Positions 59,736-64,000 of a DNA stretch of 64,000 nt are shown one piece after another. Position numbers and translations under genes: made by a program. This DNA comes from Pachysolen tannophilus NRRL Y-2460 (Eukaryota), in NCBI GenBank assembly GCA_001661245.1, contig KV454016.1:227868-291867 (forward strand). Direction: 5' to 3'. A model generated the notes under the pieces. That model did no database searches. It saw only the letters and a list, made by a program, of their open reading frames with translations, and was not told the DNA's origin. Within the stretch, counting starts at the first letter, position 1, and each line of letters starts with the position of its first letter.

Positions 59736-60969
59736 TGTAAAATATTATATAGAAAGTTTTTCTTAATTTAAAATTTTTTTTTTTTGTTTTCTGAAATTAG
59801 AATAGAATATTTGAGTTTATAGAATTATGATGATGAGATGAAAAGAAGAAATTAAATTTTACAATACTTCAAGAGGAATTATCATAGCCTTAAATATGTT
59901 TTTTTTAATAATAATAAATAAAAATTATTAGCTGTTCCTATGTTAGCATCCATTTAGACATACATCCTAGATGAATGAAAATATTAAAGAAAATCATGAG
60001 ATATCATCAATAAAAACAACTTTTACACTATATTATTATTATATTTCTTTTAAAAAATACTATATATTTTATGGTCTTACTTGATATCTACTAATAAATA
60101 AGGTCACTCTATTACTAGCCTTACCTGCTAACATACAAACAGAGATAACATGATTTTTCATGCAGTAACAATTTTTTATTTTAATTTTCTTGTAATGGTG
60201 TGATTTTCTGCGAAGAGAAAAAAAATTAAAAAAAATACTTTTTTTAGGAGGGAAGAGTGCGGTACACTACCGGCTTCCCCGCCTTACTTGCGGCGGGAAG
60301 TTATAGGGAAGCCTTAGGGAAACCTCTAGCTAGGTAAAATGAAAAGCAAAGGCTAATCTCTGTTTTAAAGATTAAACGTTCGTTATTCACAACGTTTTAG
60401 AAACAGTTTTAATATAGATTTAGTTTAATAAGTGATCAGTTTATAGTCTCAGAAAAAAATAAAAAAAAACCTTTTATGCTTATAATTCTTAATTAGTTAA
60501 ATTAACTGACCGGCAACCAAAATGAACTTACCTGTAACCCAACACATCTCATCTCATCTCTAAAAGTTTAAGATCACTTTACTAAAAATAATAATTTTTT
60601 AATGTTTTTTATAGTTTTGGTAAATCGTCACTTGTGGGAAGTTTTTTTTTTATTTATTTTTATTTTTATTTTTATTTTTTATTTTCCACCTTGCCTATTG
60701 CTGTTGGTTTCTGTTTCTTGTGCTTTTAGTTTAGTTCAGCACCGTTAAGAGTGTTCTAACGTTGATCAGTAGGCGTGATGTGCGGCGGCTGCTCATGCCG
60801 CTTTTCTTCAATTATTTTTTTTTTTTTTTTAGTGGGAAGCTATATTCTTACCTATACCTACTTGTGCATTCATTCTAAACGGTTTAGACTATTTTCTATT
60901 AAAGTAGTGAAATATACATAGAGATGAAATATTTTTGAAAATTTAATAAAGAAAAAAAAAAATTGTTTT

Positions 60970-63900
60970 TCACCATTTTGGACGTTGAAACCCTGGACGT
61001 TGAAATCCAGGTCTTTGTAAAGGTTTCTTAATAGGACCAGGACTTGCGCTAGCCTGTAAGGATTTTTCGCTATTAACGTTCTTTGCGTTATTGATATTTG
61101 AATGGGATTCCGTTAAAATTGGAGGAGAACCCGATGAGGTCTTTTTATATTGTGGAAGACGAATAGACCATGAATTATTTGAAGACGAAGAAATTGGTAC
61201 TTTTGGAAATGCAGAAATACTAGTAGATACTGGAGTAGAAACATTCTCATTAATATCAGGGTGTTTTATTTCATCACTGCTTAATGTTGGATTTCCTAAA
61301 ATTTTTGAATTTCCCTCATCTATGATTTCTAATTTTTTAAGTTTCTTTTTCCCATTTTCATCATCATAATGATCAATACCTTTCCTCTTTTGAGAAGTTT
61401 GTGCTTGGTTATTGGATTCTGTAGACGTAGATAGAGAACGTGCAATACTTTTCATAATTTCTTTGGTGGAATGGATCGCCCCCGATAAAGGACCTGATAC
61501 AATATCACCAGTATTATTAGCATTAAACAGAGAAAATGAATTTTTAGATGAAGGCCTGCCATCTCGTAATAATTTTGTAAGTTCTGAATCAGGTAGTTTC
61601 GAAGGTGGTGCAATAACAATTGAATTCTCACCACTACTTGTTTTCCCTTTCCCAGTCAAATTTGAAAATTTTTTCTTATTAGAATCAATTTTAAAAGATG
61701 AAACAACTCCACCTCCTGAAATTTTCTCTACCCCAGAATTTGAAGTCAGACCAACAACTGGAGACAAAGAAGAAGAAGCAGCAGCAGACTCAAAAATCGA
61801 AGTAACTATTTTCGTAATGAAATCAGTCGTAATAGGAAAATGTGAAGAGTTAACACCATCATTATTTGCTGCAGATAGTGCTGCCGCAATAGCAGCACTT
61901 GTCGCTGTTGTAACACTTTCACCGGAAATTTCCTTTTCTTTGTTGCCTGTAGTATTATCATCATTACTTATGGTAGACTGAATCGAATCTTGATTGTTCT
62001 CAATATTTTTCACAGGAATATTTTCATTTTCCAAAAGTGAACTATTTTCATCCTCTTCTTTAATATCAATTGTAGGAGATTTCTCTGTTGATTTTTCAGA
62101 AAGTTCTAATTCTCTTAAAATTCTCTTGTTTTTCCTTTTCTCAAATTGAACTTCAATCCATTTTCTTTTTTCTTCTGAATCTTCCCCACCAAATAAATGA
62201 GATGCTCTTTTCTGAACTCTAAATCTTAAATCATTATCTTTATTCCTCTCACTATTAGAAATTCTCCATTTTTTCTTGCGTTCTCTATTTTCCAGTTTAA
62301 TCTTTTCTTTCAATGTCTTTTCATCATAAAAATTTTTCCTGTTTACATCATATTTTTTCGCAGTAAACACTTGGTACTTGTTATTATTAAGATTATTATT
62401 CTTAGTAATACTAATATTATTATTGTTACCCACACTAACATTAAAATTTTTAATGGCTTCAGTGATAGCATGAGTTATTATTGAAATTGTGTTTTCCGGT
62501 AACTCTTTTTGTGTTCCCGAAGTAATCTTTTTAATAGCTGTTTGAATAGAATCATTCAGCAGTCCCTTATCAAAAGTCGATAACGGCTGCACTTTTTGCG
62601 TCTGTTGCTGCAGATGCGGTTGGAGAGGTTGCGGTTGCAGTTGTTGCAGTTGTTGCAGTTGTTGTTGATGATGATGATGATGTGGTTGATGTTGATGTTG
62701 ATGTTGTTGATTTAACAATTTTTCTTGTTCTGATATTTCCTTTAACGAAGAGATAGAAGAATAATCCCTCATAGGTTTCATACTTGACCTTTTCAATGCT
62801 AAAGTTTCCTTAATCGATAAAGGCTTCAATTGTGATTGTGCTGTAGTAGAAGTTAACGAGGCAAATTGTTTTTGTGGTCCCTGTACTTCACTAACATTGT
62901 TCTTCTTCAGTTGAACATTCAGATTCGAATTATCAATGATTGAGGAACCAGGAGGAGACTTCGGTTTCCTAGTATATGCTCTCTTCTGTTTAACTTCATT
63001 TGGAGGTTTAACCGATTTAACTTGAGTTGGAGCTTTATTTTTCTTTTGTTCCAGTTGCTTTGTGGTAGTATTGCTAGTGCTAGCACTAGCGCCAGTGCCA
63101 GTGCCAGTGGTAGCAGTTGTAGTTGTAGTGGTAGTTGTAGCTATTGGTATAGTTTTTGGTGTAATTGTTTGTTGCGGTGATTTTTTTGTAACTACTGAAT
63201 TTTTCAAGATATCTGAAATTTCCTCAATTGTTCGACTTTCATGGTTACCAAATTCAATTGAAGTGGCCATTTGTATGGCGTTGTTTAAAATCTCATTGAT
63301 ATTAATCTCATCTTCATCTGTTGCAGCATTATTATTATTATTATTATTATTTTTATTTTCATTGTCATTATCATTATTATTATTATTACTTGAATCCTTT
63401 AATTTGTTCAACTGTTTTAGAACTTTCTGTTGCTGGGATTCATCCTTATCTTTTTCTTTTCCTCCAGTCTCCAACTGTTCTTCTTCTCCATGAGTCTTAT
63501 TCACTGTATGTTCTATAATCTTGGACAATTCTTCTTGAAGATCTTCACCAACAATGTCCTTAAATTTTTCCTTAGGAGTTTCTTTAGAATGAGTCTCAAG
63601 AATAGCATCTGTAATCAAATTTTTCAAATGTAAAAGGTGCATATCGCCACTATCCTTACCACTATGGTTATTGTTATCCACTTCTTCTTCTTCTTCTTTT
63701 TCTTCTTGCTCTTGCTCAACATGATCATCATCTCCTTTCTTTATGTGAGTTTCGCCAAGTTGAAAATCGTGATTATGTTCATGCGCATGATCGTGATCTT
63801 TTATGAATTGACCAACATTCTGTAATATACTTTCAAGGTCAAAATTATCATCATCAGCACCAGCACCAGCATCAGCATCAGCATCAGCATCACTACTCCT

Positions 63901-63999
63901 AGCATTATTCAGTGAATGCTCCTCACCATGACCATGTTCAGAACCAACATTAGTACCGCTACTATCATTATCATGATTATCATTGCGAAACAATTGCTG
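60970..63999 (-). CDS. SPP41: DUF3020-domain protein, Spp41-like; 5' end lies outside the window
   Basis: ENRERKKKWR..N.ERNKDNDLR.RV.KRA..LFG......K.KWI...F.KR..KR is the DUF3020 signature; the frame is open to the window edge. Confidence 0.7.
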   Translation of the reverse strand, partial: QQLFRNDNHDNDSSGTNVGSEHGHGEEHSLNNARSSDADADADAGAGADDDNFDLESILQNVGQFIKDHDHAHEHNHDFQLGETHIKKGDDDHVEQEQEEKEEEEEVDNNNHSGKDSGDMHLLHLKNLITDAILETHSKETPKEKFKDIVGEDLQEELSKIIEHTVNKTHGEEEQLETGGKEKDKDESQQQKVLKQLNKLKDSSNNNNNDNDNENKNNNNNNNNAATDEDEININEILNNAIQMATSIEFGNHESRTIEEISDILKNSVVTKKSPQQTITPKTIPIATTTTTTTTATTGTGTGASASTSNTTTKQLEQKKNKAPTQVKSVKPPNEVKQKRAYTRKPKSPPGSSIIDNSNLNVQLKKNNVSEVQGPQKQFASLTSTTAQSQLKPLSIKETLALKRSSMKPMRDYSSISSLKEISEQEKLLNQQHQHQHQPHHHHHQQQLQQLQQLQPQPLQPHLQQQTQKVQPLSTFDKGLLNDSIQTAIKKITSGTQKELPENTISIITHAITEAIKNFNVSVGNNNNISITKNNNLNNNKYQVFTAKKYDVNRKNFYDEKTLKEKIKLENRERKKKWRISNSERNKDNDLRFRVQKRASHLFGGEDSEEKRKWIEVQFEKRKNKRILRELELSEKSTEKSPTIDIKEEDENSSLLENENIPVKNIENNQDSIQSTISNDDNTTGNKEKEISGESVTTATSAAIAAALSAANNDGVNSSHFPITTDFITKIVTSIFESAAASSSLSPVVGLTSNSGVEKISGGGVVSSFKIDSNKKKFSNLTGKGKTSSGENSIVIAPPSKLPDSELTKLLRDGRPSSKNSFSLFNANNTGDIVSGPLSGAIHSTKEIMKSIARSLSTSTESNNQAQTSQKRKGIDHYDDENGKKKLKKLEIIDEGNSKILGNPTLSSDEIKHPDINENVSTPVSTSISAFPKVPISSSSNNSWSIRLPQYKKTSSGSPPILTESHSNINNAKNVNSEKSLQASASPGPIKKPLQRPGFQRPGFQRPKW

Positions 64000-64000
64000 T

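Noticed and set aside
59932..60531. ACTTACCTG at about 60526 as a U1 snRNA 5' end, or as the donor of a 600-nt COX26 5'-UTR intron
   Set aside because: No U1 stem-loops follow. The intron reading has a TGCTAAC at 59948-59942 but would enclose the apparent promoter elements, so it is unsupported without RNA data.
1..64000. tRNA or rRNA genes, including the tRNA-CAG
   Set aside because: No cloverleaf, A/B-box pair or rRNA-like sequence was recognised by eye; the gaps cannot be assessed.

Overview
This is AT-rich budding-yeast (Saccharomycotina) nuclear DNA with about 25 protein-coding genes, several spliceosomal introns and two assembly gaps. No tRNA, rRNA, CRISPR or transposon is recognisable. 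Gene order: SWC4 (partial), BRN1, MPO1, IME4, COX13, CDC55, RPS26, COX4, three D-2-hydroxyacid dehydrogenase paralogues with GNT1 inside the cluster, complex I 24-kDa subunit, an RNase H-like protein, STR3, YCK3, EAF3, DSE1, RSP5, ABF2-like, AIM2-like, FLC2, ACS1, REV1, CDC19, a Con7-like C2H2 factor, COX26-like, SPP41-like (partial). The strongest signal is that CTG codons repeatedly sit at positions that are Ala in homologues, so the organism very likely uses the CUG=Ala code (Pachysolen/Nakazawaea/Peterozyma clade, translation table 26). That code is already known for the clade, but it means the supplied ORF track mistranslates CTG. Candidate novelties are an intact RNase H1-like ORF lacking most catalytic residues, a five-intron IME4, a recurring promoter 12-mer GGTAGTGYACCG, short-period tandem arrays of factor-like sites in several promoters, and a 3.2-kb ORF-free gap between convergent genes that carries promoter-like elements. 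All gene names and homologue sequences come from recalled motifs, not database searches.
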